From Gammaproteobacteria bacterium (GTDB lineage Bacteria; Pseudomonadota; Gammaproteobacteria; Eutrophobiales; Eutrophobiaceae): a stretch of 64,000 bases of DNA. The stretch covers positions 15,212-79,211 of the forward strand of contig JBHHYN010000002.1 in the NCBI GenBank assembly GCA_046757565.1, written 5' to 3'. Below, one piece after another: positions 9,781-21,200 of this stretch. Numbering within the stretch: position 1 is the first letter of the stretch; each line of letters opens with the position of its first letter. A model generated the notes under the pieces. It did not search any database. It was not told the origin of the DNA and worked only from the letters and a program-made list of their open reading frames with translations. The translations under genes and the position numbers were made by a program.

Positions 9781-9818
9781 CCCGCATAGAGCCAGCGTAC
9801 TCATGCACTATGCGGGTT
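9781..9818 (+). terminator. Hairpin (9-bp stem CCCGCATAG/CTATGCGGG, 18-nt loop) after aroC; member of dispersed CTCATGCAMTATGCRGG motif family
   Basis: Perfect inverted repeat 9782-9790 / 9809-9817 followed by a TTAACCGTTTTGTCT tract. Confidence 0.4.
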
Positions 9819-9891
9819 AACCGTTTTGTCTGAGTCGTGATCGGTCCCTGGAGCTATTGCCTTCCAGGATGTCGCGCTGTATGGGCGTCGC

Positions 9892-11046
9892 ATGATCAGT
9901 AGTGGCCGCACGCCGGCCGTTCCCTATTACCGCCTGTCCGGGTTTTATTTGTTCTACTTTGCCACGCTTGGCGCCTTTTTACCCTACTGGTCACCCTATC
10001 TCAAATCCATCGGCTTCGATGCCGCCTCGATCGGACAACTGACGGCGATCCTCGCCGCGACCAAGATCATTGCCCCGAATATCTGGGGCTGGATCGGCGA
10101 TCATCACGGACAGCGTATACGTATCATCCGGCTGGCATCGTTGCTGGCCTGTATGTCATTTGCCGGTATGTTGGTTACCCAATCTTTTGGGTGGATGGCG
10201 CTGATCTTTGGCGTCTTCGGGTTTTTCTGGAACGCGGCCCTGCCCCAGTTTGAGGCGATTACGTTGACACACCTTGGCGAGTCCAGCCACTCCTATACTA
10301 GGATACGGATCTGGGGTTCCATAGGCTTTATCGTCACCGTGCTGGTGTTGGGAAAATATTTTGAATCGCATGCGCTGCAACAACTGCCGGGTGTCGTGTT
10401 TATTTTATTATTTGCCATCGTCCTGGCAAGTATGGCCGTACCGGAACGTGCCGCTGCAGAGAGGCAAAAACCGGCCGGCTCCCTGTTCAGTGTGCTGAGG
10501 CAAGCGGAGATCATGGCCCTGTTTGCTGTCTGCTTTCTCATGCAGTTCAGTCATGCTCCGTATTATACGTTTTATTCCATCTATCTCGACGACCATGGTT
10601 ATTCCCCATCGTTTGTCGGAAGCATGTGGGCGATAAGCGTTGTGGCTGAAGTGGCCGTCTTTTTTTATATACCGCAATTGATCGCATGGGCCGGCCTTCG
10701 CTTGCTGTTATTGACCAGCCTGGCAATAACCTGTGTGCGCTGGTTGATCATTGCCTATTCCGTTGATGTAGTGACGTTAGTGATTGCCGGACAACTCATG
10801 CACGCAGCCACCTTCGGCATCTATCATGCGGCGGCAATCCAGCTGATACATCGTCATTTTACGGGACGCTTGCAAGGCAGGGGTCAGGCGCTCTACAGTA
10901 GCGTGAGTTTCGGTGTGGGCTTGTCTGCCGGCAGCCTGATGGTCGGTTATTCATGGAACAGTCTGGGAAGTGTCATGAGTTTCCAGGGCGCCGCGCTGGC
11001 CTCTTTTGCCGCGCTCCTCATTGCCTGGCGCTGGATTCGAAATTGA
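9892..11046 (+). CDS. MFS transporter, HcaT/MFS_1-like family
   Basis: 384 aa, about 12 predicted TM helices. The N-terminal region YYRLSGFYLFYFATLGAFLPYWSPYLKSIG resembles the HcaT-like MFS family. Confidence 0.65.
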   Translation: MISSGRTPAVPYYRLSGFYLFYFATLGAFLPYWSPYLKSIGFDAASIGQLTAILAATKIIAPNIWGWIGDHHGQRIRIIRLASLLACMSFAGMLVTQSFGWMALIFGVFGFFWNAALPQFEAITLTHLGESSHSYTRIRIWGSIGFIVTVLVLGKYFESHALQQLPGVVFILLFAIVLASMAVPERAAAERQKPAGSLFSVLRQAEIMALFAVCFLMQFSHAPYYTFYSIYLDDHGYSPSFVGSMWAISVVAEVAVFFYIPQLIAWAGLRLLLLTSLAITCVRWLIIAYSVDVVTLVIAGQLMHAATFGIYHAAAIQLIHRHFTGRLQGRGQALYSSVSFGVGLSAGSLMVGYSWNSLGSVMSFQGAALASFAALLIAWRWIRN

Positions 11047-11121
11047 ATGGTGGAATATCCCGGCCGGCGCTTACCCGTTCGCTGCTTCCGTTGGAAGATG
11101 TTCTCCAGCCAGCACGATTAT

Positions 11122-11487
11122 TCAGTTTTGTTGAATCTCGGCCAGTTGCGTAAACAGCTTCTCCATCGGGAAGGGCTTGTGTAACACGCAAACCGCACCA
11201 TCCTCGGTGGCCTCGGTCAGTAACCGGTCAACATGAAAACCGGTCATTATCATGTTTTGGCATCCGGGCTGCAGCCTCCGCATGGCACGCAATACCTCGG
11301 CGCCGTTTATGCCCGGCAATTTCAAGTCGATGATCGCCAGGTCGATGGCTTCCTCCCGGGCCCTGTCCACGGCCTCTTCGCCGCTATAGACGACCGTGAC
11401 CAGATAGCCCTGCTCTTCCAGCAGGATGCCCAGACTATCAGAGAGATCACGATTATCGTCGACGATGAGAATCCGTAACGGCTTCAT
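11122..11487 (-). CDS. Single-domain response regulator (CheY-like receiver)
   Basis: MKPLRILIVDD ... LAIIDLKLPGINGAEV ... VLHKPF: canonical receiver with Asp, Thr and Lys all present. Start ATG overlaps the TGA stop of the upstream histidine kinase (ATGA). The ORF track offers an in-frame start 13 codons earlier at 11526. Confidence 0.85.
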   Translation of the reverse strand: MKPLRILIVDDNRDLSDSLGILLEEQGYLVTVVYSGEEAVDRAREEAIDLAIIDLKLPGINGAEVLRAMRRLQPGCQNMIMTGFHVDRLLTEATEDGAVCVLHKPFPMEKLFTQLAEIQQN

Positions 11488-13028
11488 GAACCCGGTCCCT
11501 TTTCGGTCAAATCCAGTGGTAGCCACAAGGTCACACAGGTCCCATGTCCCCCATTAGAATCGATTTCAATGTCGCCACCGTGCTGCGTCATGATCTGTTT
11601 TACCGTCGGCAGACCCAGACCCATGCCGAAACTCTTGGTGCTGTAGAGTGGCTCAAATATCCTGGGCAGGACATCGGCGGGGATGCCATTACCGTTATCA
11701 CGTATCCTGATCTCAATGCGATTATTGATGCTGCGGGTAGAGACGGTCAGGCAGGGAGCGGGTGTGATACCATTGGGATTATCCTCCCTGGCCATGGCCT
11801 GGCAGGCATTATCATAGACGTTGATAACGGCCCGGCGCAGGCGATCCGGGTCAATCCGCACCACGGCCCCGGCCAGGTTCAGCTCACGCCGGACGGTAAG
11901 ACCCTCGGGTACGGTCTGTTCATCCAGCACCTCGGCTAACCATGCATCGAAGCTTAGCGGTTGCAAGGCAAAATCGGTCATGCGAGTGAAGTCAAGCAAC
12001 TCAGCGATGATCTTGTCGCAGCGACCGGTGTTACGTTCGATACGCTCCAGGGCGCTGGTAACACGCTTGTCGTCGGATTGCATATGCATTTTTAACAGAT
12101 ACACGGCAGGCAGGATGGCGCTCAGGGGGTTGCGCAGTTCGTGGCCGACAGTTGCTGTTAACTGGCCCAGTACAGAGAGCCGCTCATTACGTAGCAGTTC
12201 CTGCTGGGCCGATTCGAGTTCCGCCGTCCGTTCTGCGACGAGTTCTTGCAGATGCTGGCGATGTTTTTTCAACTCCTCAGCCGTGTTTTTCAAATCGGTG
12301 ATATCGTGGACAGTGATGATGACCCCTGCCACCGTACCGTCCTCACGCCGGTAGGGGAGGTATTGTACCTCGACCCAACGCCTGCCCTCGCCGGCATAAT
12401 CAAACAGGCTTTCAAAACGGATCAACTCACCGGCCAGGCATCTGTCCAGTCTGGGTTTTGAAAATTTTTCGAACCGCTCTTTGCCGAGTACGTCGGCAAA
12501 GCTGTGGCCAATCACCTCTTCCCGGCGTTTTCCAAAGACATCCAGAAATCGCTGGTTAACAGCAAGGTAGTGATAGTTGCTGTCGATAAATGAGAGATGA
12601 TCGGTGCTGGCATTGACTATCTGCTCGTAGCGTAGCAGCATTTCTTCCGCCTGCTTGCGCTCGCTGATGTCCTCGACGAATGTAATGAAGTAGTCCACTG
12701 TGCCATCCGCCTTACGGGTGCATTTACTGGAGATACGAACGTCGACGATATTCCCATCCTTACGGATGTAGCGTTTATCCTGGGAGAATCCCTCGATCTC
12801 CCCGGCCATTAACCGGTCAAATTGTGCGGTGCTTGCCTGCAAGTCGTCCACGTGAGTCAGATCCTTCCAGGTCATGGTTGCCAGTTCCGCTCGGGAATAA
12901 CCGACTATCCCGCAGAATGTATCGTTGAACTGGGCGATCTCCTTGCGGGGCGTGGACAGCACCATGCCGATCAGGCCTGCGTCAAAAAAGCAGTGTAGTA
13001 GTTTTTCTATATCGTTTGTTCCGGGCAT
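11484..13028 (-). CDS. Cytoplasmic PAS-PAS sensor histidine kinase
   Basis: Two PAS modules, a HisKA H-box (GHELRNPLSAI) and a HATPase_c domain. No TM segments. Translationally coupled to the downstream receiver. Confidence 0.85.
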   Translation of the reverse strand: MPGTNDIEKLLHCFFDAGLIGMVLSTPRKEIAQFNDTFCGIVGYSRAELATMTWKDLTHVDDLQASTAQFDRLMAGEIEGFSQDKRYIRKDGNIVDVRISSKCTRKADGTVDYFITFVEDISERKQAEEMLLRYEQIVNASTDHLSFIDSNYHYLAVNQRFLDVFGKRREEVIGHSFADVLGKERFEKFSKPRLDRCLAGELIRFESLFDYAGEGRRWVEVQYLPYRREDGTVAGVIITVHDITDLKNTAEELKKHRQHLQELVAERTAELESAQQELLRNERLSVLGQLTATVGHELRNPLSAILPAVYLLKMHMQSDDKRVTSALERIERNTGRCDKIIAELLDFTRMTDFALQPLSFDAWLAEVLDEQTVPEGLTVRRELNLAGAVVRIDPDRLRRAVINVYDNACQAMAREDNPNGITPAPCLTVSTRSINNRIEIRIRDNGNGIPADVLPRIFEPLYSTKSFGMGLGLPTVKQIMTQHGGDIEIDSNGGHGTCVTLWLPLDLTEKGPGS

Positions 13029-13486
13029 TATTTAAAGTGGCATGAATAATAACGGTGGTCTGCTCAACTGGCTGATTTTTCAAGCTGAGCATGACCCGGA
13101 TCATCCCCTCTACGTATGCGTTGACGCAACAACTTTCCCGTTATCGGCAGGAGCGTAATTACCGGGATGAGGGATGATAGAATCCGGACGCGCCTCTTTG
13201 ATTGATAAAGTGTATCGGCAAAAAATGGAAAATTTGAATAATTGATGTAACTGTTTTGTAAACATGGAGTTACTTCAGTACGTGTTCAGGTTTCCTGTGT
13301 CCTGGAGCGGACCGGCTCCTGCTGCTATAAGAATCAATACTTTCCAGCCTGCATTCCCCGTTTAAAACACGGATGCCCGTTAAGTTGGTGAAGGAACCCG
13401 ATCTTTGAATCAAGTTTCAGGGAAAAAGTACCGATAACCGATCCGTGCGGCGAAAAGTTCATATATTCATATATAAGCGGTAGACA

Positions 13487-14722
13487 ATGATCCCAGACAG
13501 ACTGGAAACAGAGGCAGCCAAGGCATTCATCGGGCGGCAGCCTATTTTAAACAGTAAAAATGGCGTATGTGCCTATGAATTGCTGTTTCGATCCGGGGAG
13601 GTCAATGCGGCCGGCCGGCTGGACGGCAGCAAGGCGACTGCCCAGGTCGTGTATAATACCCTGCTGGAGATGGGCCTGGATGATCTCGTTGGCCCCTACC
13701 TTGCGTTCATTAACTTTCCCCGTGAATTATTGTTTGACGGCATCGCCCGGTTGTTGCCGCCTGATCGCGTGACCATTGAAATCCTGGAAGATGTCAAGGT
13801 CGATGATAAACTGGTCGAAAGGGTCAATCTCCTCTCGAAGCAGGGATTTACAATTGCCCTGGATGATTTTACTTATACCCCGGAGTGGGAACCTTTGCTG
13901 CGGCTTGCTGATATTGTCAAGCTTGATGTTTTTGCCCTGTCCATCGAAGAAACACAGGAGCATCTCGAGCTGCTCCGGGTCTATGACGTCAAGCTATTGG
14001 CTGAAAAGGTGGAAACCCTACAAGAGTACGATACCTATCGGGGGATGGGGTTTGATTATTTCCAGGGTTACTTTTTCTCAAAGCCGGAAATTGTCAGTAA
14101 GGAGATACTGCCGGACAATCACATCGCCCTGTTGCAGCTGCTTGCCCGCTTGCAGGACCCGGATATAGATATCGGTGAAGTGGAAACCCTGGTCTCCCAG
14201 ACGGTTTCTTTGAGTTACAAGCTGTTCCTTTATATTAATTCGGCGTACTTTGGTTTGCCCAGAAAATTTGATTCCATCCGTCAGGCCGTGGTCTATTTTG
14301 GCCTGCAGCGGTTGAAAGATCTGGCCTGTTTAATTGCCCTGGTGGGGATCAATGATAAATCATCAGAGACAATCCTGCTTGGATTGACGCGGGCCAAGAT
14401 GTGCGAGCAACTGGCAAGGATGACCAGACAGCCTGATGTAGATATTTTCTTTGTTATTGGACTCTTTTCAATACTTGAAGCGCTGTTAAACCACTCCCTG
14501 CAGGAAATCCTGCAGCATCTTCCCCTGAGTAAAGAGGTGGTTGGGGCATTACTCAGATATGATGGGGTTCCTGGCGAAGCGTTGCAATGCAGTATTGCCT
14601 GTGAACAATGCAAATGGCCGGAGATCAAATTTGCAAAGCTCGATATCTCCTCAATCCATGAGGCCTATACGGAAGCGATCACCTGGTCCCGCCAGACAGC
14701 CGCCGGGCTTGGCGCCACATAG
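13487..14722 (+). CDS. EAL-HDOD signalling protein (COG3434-like, YuxH family)
   Basis: N-terminal EAL-like domain (QPIL..YELLFR, EILE, DDFTYT, KLD motifs) and C-terminal HDOD-like domain (LLARLQDPDIDIGEVETLVSQTVSLSYKLF). Confidence 0.7.
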   Translation: MIPDRLETEAAKAFIGRQPILNSKNGVCAYELLFRSGEVNAAGRLDGSKATAQVVYNTLLEMGLDDLVGPYLAFINFPRELLFDGIARLLPPDRVTIEILEDVKVDDKLVERVNLLSKQGFTIALDDFTYTPEWEPLLRLADIVKLDVFALSIEETQEHLELLRVYDVKLLAEKVETLQEYDTYRGMGFDYFQGYFFSKPEIVSKEILPDNHIALLQLLARLQDPDIDIGEVETLVSQTVSLSYKLFLYINSAYFGLPRKFDSIRQAVVYFGLQRLKDLACLIALVGINDKSSETILLGLTRAKMCEQLARMTRQPDVDIFFVIGLFSILEALLNHSLQEILQHLPLSKEVVGALLRYDGVPGEALQCSIACEQCKWPEIKFAKLDISSIHEAYTEAITWSRQTAAGLGAT

Positions 14723-14745
14723 CTCATGCACTATGCAGGTTTATT
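14722..14745 (+). repeat. Solo copy of dispersed palindromic motif (CATAGCTCATGCACTATGCAGG)
   Basis: Shares the 16-mer CTCATGCACTATGC with the 9799-9814 copy and, with one mismatch, with the 39533 TIR. Confidence 0.6.
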
Positions 14746-15466
14746 CCGGCGCCGGGTGAGGCGCAGGGACCTCTTTCTTCATAGGCACGCGTTCGAGTCT
14801 GTAACCCTTGTGATAAATGGATGTTAATTTCCAGCCATGTTCCTCATTCAGAGACAATTTTTTGCGGATGCGGCTGACATGAATATCTATCGTGCGGGTA
14901 TGGATTTCCGGACCGTAGCCCCAAATCTCCTCAAGCAGTTTTCCACGGGAAATCAAATCACCCAGGTTACGTAACAGATATCCTGCGAGTTCAAATTCCT
15001 TTGGCGTTAATTCGATCTCCATTCCGGACAGTGTAATACGATGGCAATTAAAATCCAGGGTAAACGGATCGATATCGATGGTGTCCGTATTCCGGTCCCG
15101 GGTCTGCGAGCGCCTGACAAGTGCAGTAATCCGTGCCAGCATCTCCTTGAGATTCACCGGTTTGGTCATGTAATCGTCTGCGCCGGCTTCAAGCATAGCC
15201 ACCACATCATCAGTAGCGTCACGGCCCGTTACAAAAATAACGGGAAGTTCGTTGCCGATATGTGCGCGCACCCATTTCAGTATTTTGTCTCCTGCTATAT
15301 CGGGTATTTCCCAGTCGAGGATCAACAGCGCGTATTTATGTTTGGGCAGTTCTTCTATCAGGGATTGGCCACTTTCAAATACATGGCATTTGTAATCCGA
15401 CGACTGCAGGTATGATTCTATTAACCATGCGTCGGACGGGTTATCTTCCAGCAGGGCAATATCCAT
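14741..15466 (-). CDS. OmpR/PhoB-family response regulator (REC + winged-helix)
   Basis: Canonical receiver (LLILDWEIPD, VIFVTGRD, YMTKP) plus a C-terminal Trans_reg_C domain (LTPKEFELAGYLLRN..IWGYG...TIDIHVSRIRKKL). Confidence 0.88.
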   Translation of the reverse strand: MDIALLEDNPSDAWLIESYLQSSDYKCHVFESGQSLIEELPKHKYALLILDWEIPDIAGDKILKWVRAHIGNELPVIFVTGRDATDDVVAMLEAGADDYMTKPVNLKEMLARITALVRRSQTRDRNTDTIDIDPFTLDFNCHRITLSGMEIELTPKEFELAGYLLRNLGDLISRGKLLEEIWGYGPEIHTRTIDIHVSRIRKKLSLNEEHGWKLTSIYHKGYRLERVPMKKEVPAPHPAPE

Positions 15467-15553
15467 ATCCGGTTTATACCTTTATCCGTGATTGTTGAAT
15501 AGCGGTATCAATCTCTTTGTAGCCATATAACCAGTGCTTGATCAGGTGAACTG

Positions 15554-17842
15554 TCAATTCGCAGGCTTCAGTTTTATCCAGAACCTGGCACCTGCGCCAA
15601 AGCGGCTGTCAACGCCGATTCTCCCTCCCATCAGTTCAACCAGCCGTTTTGATAATGCCAGGCCGATCCCCACTCCTTCCTGGTTTTTGTGCTGAGGCAA
15701 ACGGCTGAAGGGTTGAAACAGCTTGTCAATCTGATCCCGGTGAATACCATTCCCCGAGTCGATAACTTCGATAGTAACTTCAGCTTCGGTATCAACATGG
15801 GTCCTTATCACTATGGTGCCCGCCGGTTTATTGTATTTTATGGCATTGGAAAGAAGATTGACCATGACCTGTTTCAGCCGGAAAGGATCTGCCGCCACTG
15901 TGAGATTATGGTTAACTTCATAGCGCTTGAAGATCGTAATATTATTCTGTTTTGCCAGGGGCATAACCAGGGAACTGCATTCATCCATAAAAGCGGCGAG
16001 GGGAATATCTATATTTTCCACTTTCAAGCGGTTGACCTCTATGCGTGACAGATCAAGAACTTCATTTATCAAATTGAGCAGGTGGCCCCCTGCATTGTGT
16101 ATTTCCTTCACATACTGTTTTTGAATATCTGCAATGGGATGCTCGTCAGATGAATCCAATAGCTGTGAAAAGCCCATAATTGCATTTAAAGGGGTGCGTA
16201 ATTCATGGCTCATTTTTGACAGAAAGTCGGATTTGGCCTGATTGGCGCTCACCGCAACATCGTGCGCCGCCTTTAGTTTCTGCTCCGCAAGGATCCTGGA
16301 AGTGATATCGTTGTTTATGGCCACATATTGATAAGGCCTGTTTTTTTCATCCATGAAGGGGACGATTGTTATATTTACCCAGTAAAAATCCCCGTTCTTT
16401 TTTCTGTTACAGATTTCCCCTTGCCAGACTGTTCCTGCTGTAATCGCTTCCCACATACCGGCATACAGGCAGTCGTCGTGTATGCCCGACTTTAAAATAT
16501 GATGGTCCTTGCCTATCAGTTCAGATCTTGAATAGCCGCTAATGTCACAGAATTTATCATTGACGTAAATAATGGCCCCATCGATATTGGTAATGCTGAC
16601 AATAGCATGCTGGTCGAGTGCAAAATGCTGATTTTCGATCTCCCGCAACGCAGCCGCCAGATTATTGTTCATGGTATTAAGGGTGCGCGCGCGGGAGACG
16701 CGGGAATTTATTATCCCCACCAGGAATTCAGGGTCAACAGGTGTTACGATGAAATCATCGCCTCCACTGTTCATTGCCGCCAGTTGTTGTTTAAAATCCG
16801 TTCCTGTCGATAAAAATATGATCGATATTCCGGCATACTTTTCCTGCTGTCTCAGTATCGCTGCAAGTTCAAGGCCCGAGCAACCTTCCATATCCATGTT
16901 CAGCAGTATCAGTTCCGGTCGGGAATGATGCATGTTTACAAGCGCCTGAAGCGGATCGTTAACGGCCGCCACAGTCATGCCTTCCTGCTCGAGGATGAAC
17001 GAGTAAAAATCGGTCATGACTGCATCATTGTCGATAATCATGATCCGGTAGGGATCTTTGGGGATGCCGGTGGTGAGTTCTCCTATCTTGTCTATCAGTC
17101 TGTCCATCTCCAGCGGTGGTCCGAAATAGCAATCCGCGCCGGCCCTGACGGCGGAGAGGCGCGAGTCGATATCATCATGGTCGGAGATAACAATGAGCGG
17201 GATCTCACCGAAGTTCCTGTTCCCGGTATCCGGCGGGGAAATAGCGGTTTCCGCTTTCCTTTCCGTATGGCGTATGCCGTTAATGATCACTGCCGGTACG
17301 TTTTGAGTCAGTCCCTGTCTCAGGGTTTGCAGATTATTGTAGCGATTGACCCGGTAACCTCTCTGCTGTAGCTGCGTAGCGATCTCTTCAATGGCGGACA
17401 GATTATTTTCGAGAACAGCAATCAGGGGTTCTTCACCCTGGAGGAGCGGTGAGTGCCTGAAGGAATCCCAGCGTTTCCGTTTCGGCCGGGGTTGCAGTGT
17501 GCTGTCCCGGTTCCGTACGGCAGATTCCAGCGTTTGTAGCAATATATCGATTTGCCTGGTGTACCCTTCTGTCAGTACTCCCTCCCTGCCCAGCAGGGAG
17601 GTCAGGAATTGTTCCAGGTTACGTGCGGCATCGGAGACGGCAATAATACCAAAAGAGGATCCTGCAGTGGCCAGATGATGGGTGATTTTTTTTAAGACGC
17701 GAATTTCCTCCGCATCCGACGGGCCGAACCTGGCGACGATCCAGATCTCCTTGATCTGGCTTATCCTCTCTTCCAACTGTGCGCTGTATTCATCGCACAG
17801 TACCGTTAAACGCTCTTGCAGAATATTCTCTGGATCGATCAT
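15554..17842 (-). CDS. Hybrid sensor kinase with atypical order HPt-REC-REC-PAS-HisKA-HATPase
   Basis: N-terminal HPt-like motif ITHHLATAGSSFG, two receiver-like domains, a PAS domain, the H-box SHELRTPLNAI and a HATPase_c domain. No TM helices. Confidence 0.8.
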   Translation of the reverse strand: MIDPENILQERLTVLCDEYSAQLEERISQIKEIWIVARFGPSDAEEIRVLKKITHHLATAGSSFGIIAVSDAARNLEQFLTSLLGREGVLTEGYTRQIDILLQTLESAVRNRDSTLQPRPKRKRWDSFRHSPLLQGEEPLIAVLENNLSAIEEIATQLQQRGYRVNRYNNLQTLRQGLTQNVPAVIINGIRHTERKAETAISPPDTGNRNFGEIPLIVISDHDDIDSRLSAVRAGADCYFGPPLEMDRLIDKIGELTTGIPKDPYRIMIIDNDAVMTDFYSFILEQEGMTVAAVNDPLQALVNMHHSRPELILLNMDMEGCSGLELAAILRQQEKYAGISIIFLSTGTDFKQQLAAMNSGGDDFIVTPVDPEFLVGIINSRVSRARTLNTMNNNLAAALREIENQHFALDQHAIVSITNIDGAIIYVNDKFCDISGYSRSELIGKDHHILKSGIHDDCLYAGMWEAITAGTVWQGEICNRKKNGDFYWVNITIVPFMDEKNRPYQYVAINNDITSRILAEQKLKAAHDVAVSANQAKSDFLSKMSHELRTPLNAIMGFSQLLDSSDEHPIADIQKQYVKEIHNAGGHLLNLINEVLDLSRIEVNRLKVENIDIPLAAFMDECSSLVMPLAKQNNITIFKRYEVNHNLTVAADPFRLKQVMVNLLSNAIKYNKPAGTIVIRTHVDTEAEVTIEVIDSGNGIHRDQIDKLFQPFSRLPQHKNQEGVGIGLALSKRLVELMGGRIGVDSRFGAGARFWIKLKPAN

Positions 17843-18229
17843 GGGGATATCTAGTGTAATCAGATCACATGGTTAGTCAATCAATGTCCAGTGCCATCGA
17901 TTCCATTGGAACACTACTGCTGAGGGCCGGGCAGCGCTATCCGTTTTTGCCGCACAGCGCTGCTCCAGAAACTTTGGCAGGGGCAACCGGAGCCTTCTGG
18001 AGCACACGTATAACTTATTGTTTACCCTGATTATTTTTTAAAGGTGTCTATTTTCGGGTAGAATTTGCCGGGTCCTGTTATGTGAAAGCCGTTTTAAGCA
18101 AGTGGCTATACGTCAATCTTGTGTTTGTCAAAAGGAGCCTGCGAATGGAAAGAATCCCTGATTTATGAAGAGTTTCACGCAAAACAGTCTTATACTGCAA
18201 CATGACAAGCCGAACCGGCTTACTGGAAT

Positions 18230-21200
18230 TTGTCCCTCTATGGAACTGTAATGATGCAAGAGACCATCCATATCCTGATGATCCATGACGACCCTGCCGC
18301 CGGCCATACCATCCGGGATGTACTAGAGAACGGTCTGGAGAGTGTACGCATTGATGAAGTCTACAGCCGCTCCCGATTCAGGCAGGCCCTGGCCGCATCC
18401 GTCTACGATATAGTCCTCAGTGGTGCTTCGCAGGGAAGTTTCACGGGCAGAGAAGTGATCAGGGATTTGCGTGAGACGGGCTCTGACATACCCATTATTC
18501 TGTTGCAGGAAACCGCTACGGACAGGGACCTTGACGCGCCAGGCGCTCCGGGGCAGGTTGACTCTGTTGGTGGCTCGTCAATACACCTGAAACGGTTACC
18601 TGCCCGGATAGTCAGGATCATCGAACGTAAAAAGGCTGAACAGGCCATTCATAACCAGGCCAGCTGGCAACTGCAACGCTATAGACATATTGTCGATGCG
18701 ACAGACGATTTCATGGCCTTCGTTGATGCTAACTATATTTATTGTGCCGTCAACCAGCGTTATCTCGATGGTTTCCAGAAGGGATGGGACGAAGTGGTCG
18801 GTCACAGTGTTGCTGAAATTATTGGAGCTGATCAGTTTGAAAACGGACTGAAAGAAAATATTGACAGGTGTATGGGTGGCGAACGCTGCCAGTATGAATG
18901 CTGGATCGATTTTCCCGGTCTGGGCAACTGTCTGCTGGACATTAGTTATACCCCCCATGTCGGAAGCGATGGTACGGTGACCGGGGTCATCATCCGCGGA
19001 CATGACCTTACCTCGCAGAGGCAGGCGGAAGATGCAATGAGGGAGGGCGAGGAACGCTTGCGTCAGTACTTCGATGCGGGATTGGTGGGCATGGCGATTT
19101 ACTCCCTTGAGGATGGCTGGGTACAGATAAACGATTACTACTGCGAGATCGTAGGCTATTCAAGGGAAGAGTTGGTGCAGATGACCTGGGCGGATTTTAC
19201 CCATCCGGATGATCGGGAAATGTCCGCTGCGCAGTTCAAAAGGATATTGGATGGCGAGATTGATCGTTACTCCATGGAAAAGCGTTGTGTCCGCAAGGAT
19301 GGTGAAACCATTTATATCCGGATCTCTACCGAATGTTCCCGCAAAAAGGACGGCACGGTAGATTATCTAGTCGGCTTCGTGCAGGACATTACCGAACAGA
19401 AAAAGGCGGAGCAGGCGTTGCGGCGGAGCGAACAACTGTTACGCTCTTACTATGATGCCGGACTGGTTGGCATGGGGCTCTCCAGGCCCGACAAGGGGGT
19501 GTTTCAATTCAATGATACCTTCTGCGAGATCATGGGTTACCCGCGCAGTGAGCTGGAGACGATGACCTGGGAAGATCTGACTCACCCGGATGATAGGGCA
19601 GCGTGCACCAGGCAATACGAACGCGTGATGGCGGGCGAGATAGACAACTACTCCATTGACAAGCGCTGTGTCCGCAAGGACGGAAAAATTATCCATGTTA
19701 CCAGCTCCAGCAAGTGTGTCCGCAAGGAGGATGGTACAGTGGAGTATCTTGTTACGTTCGTACGGGACATCACCGAACGCAAATTGGCGGAAGAAGCCCT
19801 TTTCCGGACTCACCGCGCTCTGCAGGTACTGAATGAATGTAACCATAGCATCGTGCATGCAACCTCCGGGCAGGAGTTGATTAACACAATCTGCCGGATC
19901 ATTGTGGAGACAGGGGGTTATCGCTTTACCTGGGTCGGGTATGCGCAGTCAAATGAAGACAGGACAGTTTATCCCGTTGCCAGTGCCGGATATGAAGCGG
20001 GCTATCTGGATAATGATTTCAGCTGGAGAGAAGACAGAGAAAGATTTGAACCGGTAAGTGAGGTCGTTGGATCCGGAAAAGCCTTTATTGTGAGAGATAT
20101 CGCTGCCTACCCCGTTTATGGATCCTTGAAGAATGCTGCATTGGAGCGTGGTTACCGGTCCGAAATCGCATTGCCTCTGAATGTGGGGGGAAAGGCATTC
20201 GGGGCCTTGATGATCTACGCTTCGGAGGCCGATACCTTCGATCATGAGGAAGAGAAACTGCTGGTACGGTTGGCGGATGATCTGGCCTACGGTATTTTGT
20301 CAGTGCACACAAGCAGAAAGCATGAACGTGCCGAACAGGCGTTACGCGATAGTGAAAACAGATACCGCTATTTATATGATGAAAACCCCGCGATGTTTTT
20401 TACTGTTGATACAAACGGGATGATACTGACTGTAAATAAATTCGGGGCACAAGGGCTCGGCTATGAAGTTGATGAATTGACCGGGACATCCATCTTCGAT
20501 CTCTCCTATGGGAACCATAAACAACTGTTGATGGAATTCCTGCAAACCTGTCTGGAAACTCCTGGGCAGGTACATTACATGGAGCAGCAGAAGGTCCGCA
20601 AGGACGGCAGTGTGCTATGGGTCAAGGAGGCGATGCGGGCCGTGGCGGACAGTGACGGGGAAAGAAGTATCTTTATCGTTTGTGAAGATATAACTGAAAC
20701 ACGCAAATTTTCCGAACAACTCTCTTATCAGGCCAGCCATGATTCCCTTACCGATCTGATTAACCGGGGCGCCTTTGAAAAACGTCTGAAAAAATTACTG
20801 GATACCATTCAAATCGATGATAGCCAGCATGCCTTATGTTATCTGGATCTGGATCAATTCAAGATTGTCAATGACACCTGTGGGCATCTGGCAGGTGATG
20901 AATTGCTGAGACAGCTCGGCATGCTATTGCAACAGCAAATCAGGCAAAGAGATACTGTAGCGCGACTTGGCGGCGATGAATTTGCTATCTTGATGGAACA
21001 TTGCCCGGTGCACAGGGCCGAGTTGATAACCGGGAAATTAATCCAGTCAATCGTCGACTTTCAGTTTATCTGGGAAGACAGGATTTTCAAGGTCGGTGTC
21101 AGTGCGGGCCTGGTCCCGATAAACCGATCATCGGGCAATATTACAGAGATATTAAAGAACGCGGATACGGCATGCTATACCGCCAAGAGGCAAGGCCGCA

